Assembly: GCA_037447605.1 (NCBI GenBank)
Contig: CM074815.1
Span: 620,001-684,000 of the forward strand
Direction: 5' to 3'
DNA length: 64,000 bases
DNA from: Zygnema circumcarinatum SAG 698-1b
Lineage: Eukaryota > Plantae > Zygnematophyceae
Part shown: piece after piece, positions 31,888 to 44,965 of the stretch
How positions within the stretch are numbered: position 1 is the first letter of the stretch
How the letters are laid out: every line of letters starts with the position of its first letter
Made by a program: the position numbers and the translations under genes
The notes under the pieces: model-generated
Told to the model about the DNA's origin: nothing
What the model saw: only the letters and a program-made list of their open reading frames with translations
Databases searched by the model: none

Positions 31888-32016
31888 ACGTGGACGAATG
31901 GGGTATCTCTTCCAGCCACGTGGACGAGAGGGGTATCCCTCTCAGCCACATGGACGAATGGGAGTATAACTTTAAACCACGTGGACGAATGGGTATCCCG
32001 TCCAGCCACGTGGACG
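31888..32016. repeat. 30-bp minisatellite (~4.3 copies) with a CCACGTGGAC G-box core in the RH17/DGK divergent intergenic region
   Basis: Units of consensus acgtggacgaatggggtatccc-tccagcc start at 31888, 31918, 31948, 31979 and 32008. Confidence 0.85.
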
Positions 32017-33340
32017 TACTGCCGGTGTCGGCGGGCTCCAAACCGGTTCTCCATACTGTACAGTACATTGGCCGGCTGTCCGTACCGCCGCCGGGCGGCT
32101 GGCAGGCCGCCGACTTTTCTGTCGGCCGCCCCGTCCGGCTCGCTTCGGCCGGCTGTCTCTCAGGAAAACGACAAACGTTTCCGATCCGTTGGATCATATG
32201 ACAGCTGTCATAGTGTACGAACCAACGGTTTTGGATATCTCCGTACATCGGCGGCTGACCTGCGTCCACGTTACGACAGCTGATTCGCGCACGTAGAATT
32301 TTTTGTACGGCTTCTACAAGCTTCATATGTGGCTCTAGTACGACAAGGCGACAGAAAAGTTTCAACTCTAATATGCCAACGTGGCGTACTCTCATTGGGT
32401 GAAAAATAGTAAACGCACAGCTAAAAGTACGGCCTAGTTAAAGACACATACAATGTATGTACGGTCTTTCTCATTTTGTGCGTTCGTACGACACCCGACG
32501 GAGGCAGCCGGCCGACCCACCGACCCCCTCCCCCCCGACAGATCCAATATCGTCAGCAAGCAAGATCCACCACCGAGTTCATCAAGTTGATCGCCTTTGC
32601 TGATTCGCTCCACGCCCGCAGGAACCGGAGAATCAATGGGTGGACGTCCAGCGGTAACCTCTGAGGTGGCCCCTCCCTCCTCAGCCCGCCAAATGGCGCC
32701 ATGGCTTCTGGAGAAGGGAGAGGCACGGCCGAAGGCTGACACTTGGCCCTTGTACCTGGGCTGGCAGCCCCCTTCCAGGCACCTTCTCCTTCCTTGAGTG
32801 GATCTGCCGCACGTGTGGTTATTAGGGTTTCGGTTTGTGAGAGGGAAGAGAGAGTGTGGTGGAGAGAGGAGGGAGGAGGGCCATAGGGAAAGGGCAAAGG
32901 GAGGAAGGAGCGGTACAGGAGGCCATGGCTGCGCGGATATGGGAGGGACGGAGGGAAGGGGAAGAGAGGAGAGCGGTGTAGGTAGCAGGGGTGCCGGGAT
33001 TTAGGGAGGTAGTGGAAAGGGAGGGAGAGGGAAAGAGGAGAGAGAGAGAGAGAAAGTGAGAGAGAGGGAAAGAAAGAGAGTGAGATTGCGAGGGAGCGGG
33101 AGCCGCACAACATAGACGGCTGGAAACTTTAGATCTGACGCAGGGTAAACAAGTAGAGTTTGCAGAGACAGACGGCTTGCAGGGAGAAAATTAGGGTCTG
33201 CCGAGAGAAAATTAGAATTGGCGAAAGCAAATCAAGCGACCAAGGGTAGGAGACAGAGGGAGAGAATGAAGGATCCCTCTCTCCCTCCCCCCTCCCCTTC
33301 TCTCTCTTCCTCCCCCTCCCCCTCCCCCTCCCCCTTCTCT

Positions 33341-36300
33341 ATGGCCTCCGCGCAGGCCCTTCCCCTCGCCACCACCTTCGCCGCCATGGTCGCCGTTCTC
33401 TTCCTGCACCGCCTCTTGCAGACATGGCGCCGCCGGTCATCGATAAAGTCACTCAAGGAGGCCGCCCTAAAGTTACGCCGCTCTGCCGAAAGCTCCCAGA
33501 ACCCTAAATCCCCCCCTGCGGCACACCAATGGTGCGCGGAGGTTTCTCGCCGCAACGCTCCCTATTCCTGCTGCGTCTGTTTGGAGACTCTGGAGCCGTC
33601 GGATTTATCGGATCATGGAATCGACGGTGGGATCGAGCGCTGTTGGGTGTGTGGAGTGGCGGCGCACGAAGACTGTGTGGGGAAGGCGAGGGGAGACTGC
33701 AAGAGGGTGGCTATGGGGGAGGGAGAGGGGGAGAGGGAGAGGGAGGGGGAGAGGGTGTTGCGGCACCATTGGGTGGAGGGGAGCGCGAATAAAGAGGATC
33801 ACGCGGAGGAGAGCTTGTTCTGCATGTATTGCGGGGATGAGGTGAGGGAGAGGGAGGAGATGTTGAGGGTGTCCACTGGCTCAATTCTTTAGTTGTCTTT
33901 CTACTTCCATTCCCACTGTTTACTTTCGAATTCTGGTTTTTGGGACGGTTTGGTTAGCGGTTAAGAGTGTAAAAAGTCCTTTTTTTCCATGACGTAGAAT
34001 AAAATTAAGTTTAAGGGCGTCAGAGATCGTGAGGGGAAGGAGAATTGCAGCTGAAAGATCTGTACGGCACATAATTTAAGCATCTTTCTCAAAATTGCCC
34101 TTTTGGGTTGCTTAAACTTCATCCCATTTTCCATTTTCGCACATCCACTAAAAGAATTCCGCATTTCTCTTTTCTTTCACTTGTTTTTTTGCGAGTTTGT
34201 GCCTGTTATTGCATGTATTTTTGGCATTTTAATTCTTGGAAAGGTCTGCTTTTTGTTGGAGGCTTCAGATCAGCATGAAATTTTTGGCGGCTGTGCCCGT
34301 CTGGCGCTGCGTCTGGTGCCAGCGATTGGTCCACGTGGCATGCCACGCAGGCGCCCGCAGCCAATCAGAAGCCGAGGATCCTTGTGACCTTGGGCCCATT
34401 AGACGCTCCATAATTTCTCCCCTCTGTGTGCGGGAAATTGGCACAAATAATTACAGTTCTGGGCCAATTCTGGGGCCGACTTCCTCGGGAATGAGCGGAC
34501 TTTTAAATTCTCTCACCCAGGGAGCCAATGAAATTGCGAATTCTATGCAGAAACGGATGGGAAAAAGGGGGAAAAAGAAGAAAAAGTCGGGAAGCATTGG
34601 AAATGGGTTAGCAAACGGTGGTCCGTTGGTGGCAACGGCAAACGGAACGCTAGGAGGGAGTGAGAGGAAGGAGGAGGGGAAGGTGGGCGAGGAGAGGGAG
34701 GGAGGAGTGGGAGTGGAGGGTTCAGAGGAGGGTTCAGAGGCGCCGTGTTCGGGGAGAAACTCATTAGATAACGGAGAAACTTTTTGGGAGGTCGAACACT
34801 ATGTGGTCGACCGCTTGGAGGGGTACGGAACGTCTGCAAAAGATGAGGTCGGAAAAACGAGGTCAAATGGAAAAGCTGGGAAAAAACGGTATGAGATTTA
34901 TGGGCTTTCAGCGGATGCTCGACCCCTGCTAGTTTTTATCAATAGGAAAAGCGGAGCTCGGAATGGAAACGATTTGAGAAGGCGGCTCAACATGCTTTTA
35001 AACCCACTTCAGGTGAGAACAGCAGAGGTTTGCCAGCATAGTGTTTCAGCATTTCTTGGCAAACTGCGGAAGATAGGAATCTTCATGTTTGTCTCTCGCT
35101 CCCACCCTCCTATTTATTGTCAAAATATTTTTTTGCAGGTTGTCGAATTGAGTCGAGACTGCCCCCCTGATGTGGGGCTCGATATTTTTGAAGGAGTGAA
35201 GCATTTCCGAGTGCTTGTGTGCGGGGGAGATGGAACGGTGGGGTGGGTGCTGGACGCCATTGAGAGGCGGACCTATGAGAGTCCGCCACCTGTCGCTGTG
35301 CTGCCAATCGGAACAGGGAACGACTTGGCGCGAGTCCTCTACTGGGGGGGAGGATTTGGAGCAGTTGAAAGACAGGTGAGTGTTGGGGGGGGGGGGAAGG
35401 AGGGAGGAGAGAGAGAGAGAGAGNNNNNNNNNNGGGAGAGGGGAGAGGGCAGAGGGGAGAGGGGAGAGGGGAGAGGGCAGAGGGGAGAGGGGAGAGCGGG
35501 GAGCACGAGGATTCATTTCGTGAGAGGAACGAGGAAGAGAAACTTCCTTCTCGATGATCAGACTGAACCAATCAGAACCATATTCTTCCCTTCCTCCTCT
35601 CATTCTTTTCCTCTGCAACCCACCAAGTTGTGTGAAGCGACCCCCCCCCCTGACTGCTGCCATTTCCCTCCTGCAGGGAGGGCTGAGTGTGGTGCTGCAG
35701 AGTGTGGAGAGAGCGGCTGTCACGCTGCTTGACAGGTGGCAGGTGCGAGTCAACGAGGGGGGGAAGAAGGAGGGGTATGCGACCAAGTACATGAACAATT
35801 ATTTGGGTAAGTGCCGACTATGCATGTGCATGTGAATGGCTTACGTGGGGGAGGAAAAAATGGAGAAAAACTGGAAGAAACATGGGAAAATGGAGGGACT
35901 GTATGCCTCTGTGAAGTGAGAAGCTGAGGGAATTGGTGATGTGGGCAGGGATCGGATGTGACGCAAAAGTGGCTTTGGAAATCCACTTGCTTCGAGAGGA
36001 GAATCCGGAGATGTTTTACAACCAGGTAACTGCGGAGTAATATATCCAGTCGCAGTTTTGGTCCTTCCAGTTTCAGTTTCAGTTTCAGTTTCAGTTTCAG
36101 TTTCAGTTTCAGTTCAAGTTTCATATTCTCTTATTCTTAGTCTTAAATTGTGGATCGTCTGTTTGCAACAGTTCATGAACAAAGTGTTGTATGCGAAAGA
36201 AGGGGCGAAAGATTTTGTGGACCGATCGTGCAGCGACTTGCCGTGGCATCTTCGCCTGGAGATAGATGGAGCGAAAATTGAAGTACCGGAGGTAAAATTT

Positions 36301-37448
36301 CAACAAACGTTAAGAACATAACTATGGAAGGGAGAATTTACGACTACTTGAATTACTGTTCTCTGGCCAACCTGCATTTCTTCTTGTCATCCTTCCCCCC
36401 CTCCCTCCGCTTTTCCCTTTCTCTCTCTCCCCACCCCCCTCCTCGTCCAGCTCTCCCTCTAAAACAGAAAGAAACTCCCCTTCTTGAAATCCAACCTAAT
36501 TCTCTACCCTATTCGCGCCCCAACAGTATTGTGAAGCACACAGAAGTCCGTACTGCCCCGTTCCGTTCCGTTCCGTTCCCGATAACTGAGCCCCAAACTG
36601 AGGCATGTGCAGGGCGTAGAGGGAGTCCTTGTCCTCAACATAGCGAGCTACATGGGGGGAGTGGACCTATGGCAGAACGAGGAGGACCATGGAGACACAT
36701 TCCGCCCACAAAGCATGCATGACAAAAGGGTGGAGGTGGTAGCAATATGTGGAGCATGGCATCTAGGGAAACTGCAGGTAAAGGTTGGAAACTAAAAAGT
36801 TCGTTTTGGGGCTAATTATTTACTTTGCTGGACCAAGTATAAGTAGTGTAGGTTGAAAAAAGTGAAATAAAAAATGGTGGGGTTTGGTGATTTTTGGGGC
36901 AGGTGGGGCTATCGCGAGCGTTGAGATTAGGGCAGGGCAGCTCTGTGAAGCTGAGGACAAGTTCTGCGTTTCCAGTTCAGATTGACGGCGAGCCCTGGGT
37001 GCAGCATTCGGGCAGCATTGAAATTTCGCATCACGGGCAGGTAGGGCTGAGCTGGCTTCTTGGGCAGGTCAAAGAATCTGCAAAGTGGGAGTGGCCGGAG
37101 AATCAGACATTGCAATAAGGAATTTTCCCAACTGTTCAAGAATTGGGTGGGAGTTTTTAGGGTTTTTAGGGTTTTTAGGGTTTATGGGTTTAGACGTTGA
37201 ATTATTAGGTCGTGTTGAACCGCGTTTTGATCAAGGTAAAGCACAGTTTACATGAATTTTTTTTAATCCGTCAGATCTGGACCGTTGATCTTTTGCAGGC
37301 CTTTATGCTGAAGAGGACGGCTGGTGAGCCAATGGGAAAGGCAGCTGCGATCATGGGGGAGGTTTTGGAGAGTGCAGAAAGTAACGGAGTGATCAACGCG
37401 CAGCAGCGCAGAGTGCTGCTGCAGGAGATGGTCATGCAGCTGCACTAG
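33341..37448 (+). CDS. DGK1: Diacylglycerol kinase, cluster I (DGK1-type: N-terminal TM, two C1 domains, catalytic and accessory domains)
   Basis: [17 protein letters not shown]1 domains [20 protein letters not shown] and [20 protein letters not shown]. Catalytic [25 protein letters not shown] and [12 protein letters not shown]. Accessory [32 protein letters not shown] and QAFMLKR. An upstream in-frame ATG exists at 33266. Confidence 0.95.
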
Positions 37449-37745
37449 TGGATCTACTGGATCCAAGTGGATCCAAGGATCACGGATCATGGATCATCAC
37501 GCCATTCTCCAGTGGATCGAAGGATCAACCCGGTGGATCCACTGGCACAGTGGATCCAGAGATCGACCGTGCGCATTCATTCCATTTGCTAGTGGATCCG
37601 GAGATCAACCGCGGGCACTACATGTGCTAGGGGATCCAGTGATTGGATGGGTGTAATTCCCATTGGCCGGTGGATTCGGGGATCAACCGGGTGCATTCCG
37701 TTTGCAAGTGGATCCAGGGATCAGTTGGTGGGAGATCCAGAGATC
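37449..37745. repeat. GATC-dense repeat (AGTGGATCC(A/G)GAGATCAACCG-like units) starting at the DGK stop codon
   Basis: 19 GATC counted in ~300 bp. Confidence 0.8.
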
Positions 37746-38932
37746 AACCGAGCGGTGGCTGGGAGCACAGTTGAAGTTTTGTCCTCTCCGCGATGCCCGC
37801 AATGGAGTTGATCAAAATCAGCTCTGGTTTTTTGTATATGAACTTCGTGGTGGATCTTTTTTTTCGGGGATTCCACCCCAGGAGATAACCGTCCGATTCC
37901 CGATATTAGAATATTAACATCCTGCGTTCACACTCATGTGAACAGGATTCCAAAGCTGTTCACGTCGAGGTCACAGAAGGGGGGGAACCATTTGAAAAGG
38001 ACGAGCAAGAATTGACCAGGTTCAATGTATATAGGTTTCCTGGCAGTGTCTATGCTGAGGAGGCAGCTCCTCGATGTTGTACCATGAATAAGTTTTGGCC
38101 ACTCGCAAAAGTTGTGTAACATTGGGCTGCCTTCCATTGCTGGCCATGTTGGTCCCATGCCCCGTGCAAGTTGCTGCAATTTTACTTGATTTAATTTCGG
38201 TTATTTTTTCTTTTTCCACATAAGCCTTAGGCTGCACCTATGGGCGTACCTTCATTGGAAAAAAAATGAGGCAAGTTTTCAAATAAGATTTGGTGGCGAT
38301 GACAAATGGAGGGAGGTGAAAAAGGCATGCCATTCCAAGCCATGCCATGCCATGCCATGCCGTAGATGTCCGTCACGAATCACGCCGTACCACATCTTTA
38401 CCTCACTAAAGTAACTAACTTTATCGAGACCTCGGCGATCTCACGCGGTAAAGGTACCCAACTGTACTTTCAACATAGAATTTCTGCTTCCATGCGCCAG
38501 TTTGCCGTAGAGGAACTGTTGAACAGCGCGTCTACATGGAACCGACTAACGACGGCTTCGAAGCTTTCTGGCAATTTCCACGAAAAACCGACGAAATCCC
38601 TTGTACAGAAAACAAGCCGCCCACATTTCAACTGATCGTACACTTTTTTGTCGTAACCGTACATCTGAATCTTTCATTCGTACAGTCAAGTCCGGTCAAT
38701 GCGCCTATTTCCCCGCATTGACTTTTGACTTCCCCCCCCCCCCCCCNNNNNNNNNNCCCCCCCCCCCCCCACCCTTCCCCTCCCCTCCCCTCCCCTCCCT
38801 CTCCATGGCTTCTTAAGCCGCCTTCAAACCCTAAAACTCTAAAATCCTAAAATCCTTCCATCTGCTGCATCCTGCGCGCTACCTGTCCCTTGGAAAAGCT
38901 GCCTCTCCCTCCTCCAGCCTTGCAGTGAGGCA

Positions 38933-41137
38933 ATGGGTGTGGCGGCGCCACGTGGCGTGTGCCTATTCGTCCTGGCGGCCCTGCTGGCGCGCGCGGGCGA
39001 GGCCGCGGAGGCTCTGGGCGTGTGCTGGGGCCGCGTGGCGTGGCAGGTGCTGCCGCCCGCGGTGGTGGTCAAGCAGCTGCAGGTGACCCACCTGCCGCTC
39101 GCTCCCTCTCTCTCTCTCTCTCTCCCGCTCTCGCTCCCTCCCTCTCTCTCCCTCCCTCTCTCTCGCTCCCTCTCTCTCTCCCTCTCTCTCTCTCTCGAAT
39201 TCCTCTCGAAGTTCCATTTCTTCTGCCATTTCCCCTCTCTCTCTCGCACACTCTCGTTCTCTTTCCCTCTTCCTCGCCCCTCCTTCAACTTGATAGAAAC
39301 GTGAACATAGACATCAAGTGTATGTATGGTTTCTTGAGGTTCGCAAGGTGCATTCTTCTCATCTCACATCTAATGTCGCTCGTCATTATCTGCTGAATTT
39401 TTAGTACTGAGTGTTTAAATAAGCCTCAAACTCGACCTTACATTCAAAGCAACTCCAGCCTTCGCATCCTTCGTCTCCCCTCTCATCCGCGTACCGTCCC
39501 CCGTCTTCCCCTTTTTATTTTTCAGGACAACAACATCACGCAAGTGAAGCTGTTCAACGCAGACCCTGCAGTTCTGGCAGCGTTCACTGGAACAGGCATA
39601 GAGCTGATGGTGATGGTGAACAACACGGAGGTTATAACTGTGGGAACTTCCATGACAGAAGCTCAAGCGTGGGTGGATAGGAATGTGCAGACATGGCTTC
39701 CTTCCGATGTCAACATCAAGTAGGAGGACTCCCTCCCCTCTCCCTCTCTCTCCCTCTCTCTCTGCCTCCCCTCCTTCCTCTGCCCATCTCTTTCTATTCG
39801 TTTGTTCTTCCTCAATGTTCGATTTATTCCAATCATTAGCAATGAATTTTATTTCTTTTCAGGTACATTTCTGTCGGTAATGAGCCATATTTGACAAAAT
39901 TACAGGACGTAGATGAGTATCTGCGGCCGGCTGTAGACAACATTTACCAAGCACTTGTGAATGACGAAATTGACGATAAAGTGAAGGTCACTGTTTCCTT
40001 CAATGCGGAAATTCTCGAAAATACGAGTCCTCCTACAGGAGCTCACTTCACTACCAACTGGACAACGGAATTGACCTACATAGCAAACCTCATAATGAAC
40101 ACATCGTCAATTTTTTCTGTCAACATTTATCCCTTTTACAACATGTATTCCTCGGCTGTTCCGCAACTGAATGCGAGTCAGATTTTCTTTGATCAAGCTA
40201 CAACCACCGACCCCTATGAGAACGTGTTCTATGGGACCTTTGATGCACTGTTATATGCGCTAGACAATGCAAGCATTCCTTCAGAAAATGTGAGAATTTC
40301 AAACATTTCAACCTAACCATTTCATCTATTTCGACCGGTCAACTCTCATCCGCAAATTAGGACAAAAATTTCATTTTCTTTACCTGATTTTCTATGCAGG
40401 TGACTGTTATTCTCGGCGAGATCGGTTGGCCTACCGACGGCGATCCGGTCGCAAACTTAAGCTGGGCTCAAAGCTATAACCAGCAAGTTATTCAGAAAAT
40501 GCTTTCCGGAACCGGTACTCCTAAGCGCCCTAACCAAGTCATCCGAGGGTACTTATTCTCATTATTCGATGAGGACGCCAAAAGCATCCTTCCAGGAGCC
40601 TTCGAGCGCCGTTGGGGAATTTACGACAACCGCGGAACTCCAAAATATAATTTAGACCTAACTGGGGGTGCAAATGCAAATGCTGTTCTTGCTTCCACTC
40701 CGGGAATCTATCTAGAAGATCAGAAATGGTGTGTGGCGAAATGGGGGGCAGATACAACGAACCTAACCCTCGCATTCAACAGCATATGTGTGGGAGGAAA
40801 CATATCAAACTATGGAGATAAGGCAGACTGTACTCCTGTCACCAGCAGCTTCCAGTCTCCCGGAGATGTATGTGGGGGGACTTCCTTTGCACTCGGTGCT
40901 TCCTATGCTCTCAACGCTTATTACCAAATTCAGGGACAAAATGAGAGTTTTTGCGATTGGGGAGGAGTGGCACAAGTGGTGACAACGGACCCCTCTTCTT
41001 CCTTCACCAGCTGCACTTTTAAGGTTGGGCTTAACCTCGTGGAAATATCGAACTTCACTTCGACTTCGAGCTCCTTCTCTTTCACCGTCGTTCTGTATTT
41101 GATCGCCCTCATGCTGCTGCTTTCAGCGTTTCTATAA
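38933..41137 (+). CDS. Glucan endo-1,3-beta-glucosidase (GH17) with X8/CBM43 domain and probable GPI-anchor signal, 4 exons
   Basis: Exons 38933-39082, 39526-39719, 39863-40289 and 40400-41137. Signal peptide, then LGVCWG, VKLFNAD, YISVGNEP (acid/base Glu), VILGEIGWPTDG (nucleophile Glu) and GYLFSLFDE. X8 reads WCVAK..ASYALNAYYQ..CDWGG, followed by a Ser-rich spacer and hydrophobic tail. Confidence 0.94.
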
Positions 41138-41579
41138 GCGGTCTCTGTATTGTAGTAGATTGTCTTTGGGGGTTTTTCTTTTACCTTCCTTTCCCCCCCC
41201 CTTTTTTTTTGGGAGATATAACTGTTGTATTATGGTGGCTTCACATGCTTACTCGAGAAATGCAAGATAAATGGTGCATTTGTGTATGTAAATTCTTTGG
41301 CTTGTGTTCGATTCATCCAGACGCTTCCTCATAGGACAGTACACTCAATCACATTACTACCCAAGAAAAAAAAAAATCGAGCTAACATTATTCACCAGAG
41401 ACTGCTACATCCAGGGTTTCTAGGGTTTTTACGGGTTTTAGGGTTTTTTTAAAATTTGCCTCGGTGGTAAACTCACGTCCATAAACAACAATCTCCTTAA
41501 AGTCATCAAAAAGTCGGACTGATGACTTTATTTAAACCCCATATATTACAACCTTCCCTCCTTCACTTGAAACTTGACT

Positions 41580-43527
41580 TTAGTCAAGCTCTGCGAGTGA
41601 CTCCGGCAGTACCGCCCCTCCCGGCCTCATCTCCCATTTCCTTTTCTTGCGATACAAATCGACCGCCGTCTGACGGAGCCTCTCTTTGGAAGTCGCTTTG
41701 TCTCCCATCGCCTCCGGCCAGTGATGAACTCCTCCCTCCTTTTTGGACTCCACACTTGACTTAAGGGCGGATTGAAGACCGTTCTTCACATTATCAAAAG
41801 GGTAGAACAGAAAGGGTTCAGAACGTAATCAAAGCATGGAGTTTTTCCGTTCGTTGAGCTTCTTTTTAGGTTTCGAGACTGTTATCTCTTCTGGGTTTGT
41901 GTTATTGGTGGTATGAAAAGGGGGTCGAGGGGAGAGAGATAGGAGAAGAGAGGGGGGTTGAGGGGATGGGAGGAAGGAAAGTCGGTCGGAGCTGAAAAGA
42001 GACGGGGGGTGATGCATAGATAGGAGGAAGTGAGAGAGAAGAGCGAGAGAGGGGAGAGGCGAGGAGAGAGGGAGAGGAAAATAGGAGGGGGGAGGAGGAG
42101 AGTGGAAACGGGGGACGTATGAGAAGCGGAGGGAGAGGGAGAAGGAGAGGGAGGAAAGGGAAAGTGGGAGAGAAAGAGGGCCACACCTTCTTTCGCAGAT
42201 TTGGGAGCATCTTGGGCGGCGCCAAAACCACATCTCCAAATATCACTTTCGGCCGAACGTCCTCAAAATCATCGTTTTGGACCCCTCCCTTGTTCTTGCT
42301 TTTCTTCTTCTTGGTTTCCAAGTATCTGAAGTAAAGCGAAAACATAAAAAGAGTGAGGGAACGAGAGAGGAGGTCAAAAGGGGAGAGAAACAGCTGAAGA
42401 AGGGGACAAAAAAAGGAAAACCTGCAAAAGAGTACAATCCCCAGAAAGCAAGAAAGCTCCCTCTCACCTTCTCTTCCTCTCACTCAGTCTGCTTTTCTTC
42501 GCCTTTGAATCGCCATCTCCCACTGCCAGGGCTGCCACCTCCCACCTCTCCATCCTTCTCCTCTTCTTCTTCTCCTTCTTCTCTTCTTTCTCCACTCCTT
42601 CCTCTTCTCCAACGCTGTCAGCTGCCCCTCCCTCACTACCTCCGATTTCAGAAACACCTTCTCCTCTCTCCCTCTTCCTTTTTTTCTCTACTCCATCCTT
42701 TCCTTCTACAGCACCACCCCCTCTGGACGTATCCACTCTGAAGGTTTCCGGTTCAGCGCCCTCATGAACATTTTCAGGGCTGCCCGAACCGACTGCAGCT
42801 TGTGCGTCTGCAGACGTGCTACTTAAGTTTTTCTTAATTTCTGCCCAAGTAGCAGCTTCCTGATCAACAAAATTTTCCTTTGTTGAACTTGAATCTTCCG
42901 CCTGCAAACATAGAATAGGTTTTCGGATGTTTGAGCAGGAAGAGAAAGACCTTCAACGCAATAAAAACTCAAAACCACAACAAACCATAGCATTAAAAAG
43001 CGTTAAGAAGTGTCAAAATTCTGCAAACCACAATCTCAAAAAGCCTTTACAGGTTCAGGACACCCTTCATACACTAGAGACTCCAAAGCACTCAATGCGC
43101 ACAGATTATTCCAAGAAATCCTCCTTCTCCCTCCCTCCCTCCCTCCCTCCCCCCCTCCTTCCTCATTCCTTTCCCCCTCCATCCTTCCTCTTCCCGCCCT
43201 CTCTCCCTCCACCCTTCCTCCTTCCTCTCTCCCTCCCTCCCACCCTCCTTCCTCCTGCCCCCTCCTCCCTCCTTCCTCCTCGTTCTTCCCTCTCTCCCTC
43301 CTCTCCTCCCTCCCTCCCCCTCTAAGTCCCTACGTCCTGATGAAGGGCTACCTGGTTCATGCGCGCTTTCTCTTCAAAGCGCTGGGCTGCAATTGCACTC
43401 TTCTGAGCCTTCATTTCCTTCTGCTCTGCACAATTTTCAGAAAAGGTTTCCTTTTTTCCATTCAAACTCTTTTATTTATGCCTTTGATTGATTTTCTTTC
43501 TCTTTAATGGAATGTTTTATAAAAGAA

Positions 43528-43564
<37 letters not shown>

Positions 43565-44928
43565 NNNNNNNNNNAAGAGGGCCACACCTTCTTTCGCAGA
43601 TTTGGGAGCATCTTGGGCGGCGCCAAAACCACATCTCCAAATATCACTTTCGGCCGAACGTCCTCAAAATCATCGTTTTGGACCCCTCCCTTGTTCTTGC
43701 TTTTCTTCTTCTTGGTTTCCAAGTATCTGAAGTAAAGCGAAAACATAAAAAGAGTGAGGGAACGAGAGAGGAGGTCAAAAGGGGAGAGAAACAGCTGAAG
43801 AAGGGGACAAAAAAAGGAAAACCTGCAAAAGAGTACAATCCCCAGAAAGCAAGAAAGCTCCCTCTCACCTTCTCTTCCTCTCACTCAGTCTGCTTTTCTT
43901 CGCCTTTGAATCGCCATCTCCCACTGCCAGGGCTGCCACCTCCCACCTCTCCATCCTTCTCCTCTTCTTCTTCTCCTTCTTCTCTTCTTTCTCCACTCCT
44001 TCCTCTTCTCCAACGCTGTCAGCTGCCCCTCCCTCACTACCTCCGATTTCAGAAACACCTTCTCCTCTCTCCCTCTTCCTTTTTTTCTCTACTCCATCCT
44101 TTCCTTCTACAGCACCACCCCCTCTGGACGTATCCACTCTGAAGGTTTCCGGTTCAGCGCCCTCATGAACATTTTCAGGGCTGCCCGAACCGACTGCAGC
44201 TTGTGCGTCTGCAGACGTGCTACTTAAGTTTTTCTTAATTTCTGCCCAAGTAGCAGCTTCCTGATCAACAAAATTTTCCTTTGTTGAACTTGAATCTTCC
44301 GCCTGCAAACATAGAATAGGTTTTCGGATGTTTGAGCAGGAAGAGAAAGACCTTCAACGCAATAAAAACTCAAAACCACAACAAACCATAGCATTAAAAA
44401 GCGTTAAGAAGTGTCAAAATTCTGCAAACCACAATCTCAAAAAGCCTTTACAGGTTCAGGACACCCTTCATACACTAGAGACTCCAAAGCACTCAATGCG
44501 CACAGATTATTCCAAGAAATCCTCCTTCTCCCTCCCTCCCTCCCTCCCTCCCCCCCTCCTTCCTCATTCCTTTCCCCCTCCATCCTTCCTCTTCCCGCCC
44601 TCTCTCCCTCCACCCTTCCTCCTTCCTCTCTCCCTCCCTCCCACCCTCCTTCCTCCTGCCCCCTCCTCCCTCCTTCCTCCTCGTTCTTCCCTCTCTCCCT
44701 CCTCTCCTCCCTCCCTCCCCCTCTAAGTCCCTACGTCCTGATGAAGGGCTACCTGGTTCATGCGCGCTTTCTCTTCAAAGCGCTGGGCTGCAATTGCACT
44801 CTTCTGAGCCTTCATTTCCTTCTGCTCTGCACAATTTTCAGAAAAGGTTTCCTTTTTTCCATTCAAACTCTTTTATTTATGCCTTTGATTGATTTTCTTT
44901 CTCTTTAATGGAATGTTTTATAAAAGAA

Positions 44929-44965
<37 letters not shown>

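Noticed and set aside
43575-44965. A genuine exon-block duplication creating a longer CCDC137-like isoform
   Set aside because: The copies are identical and gap-bounded, and they are phase-incompatible when spliced in series. An assembly artefact is more likely.
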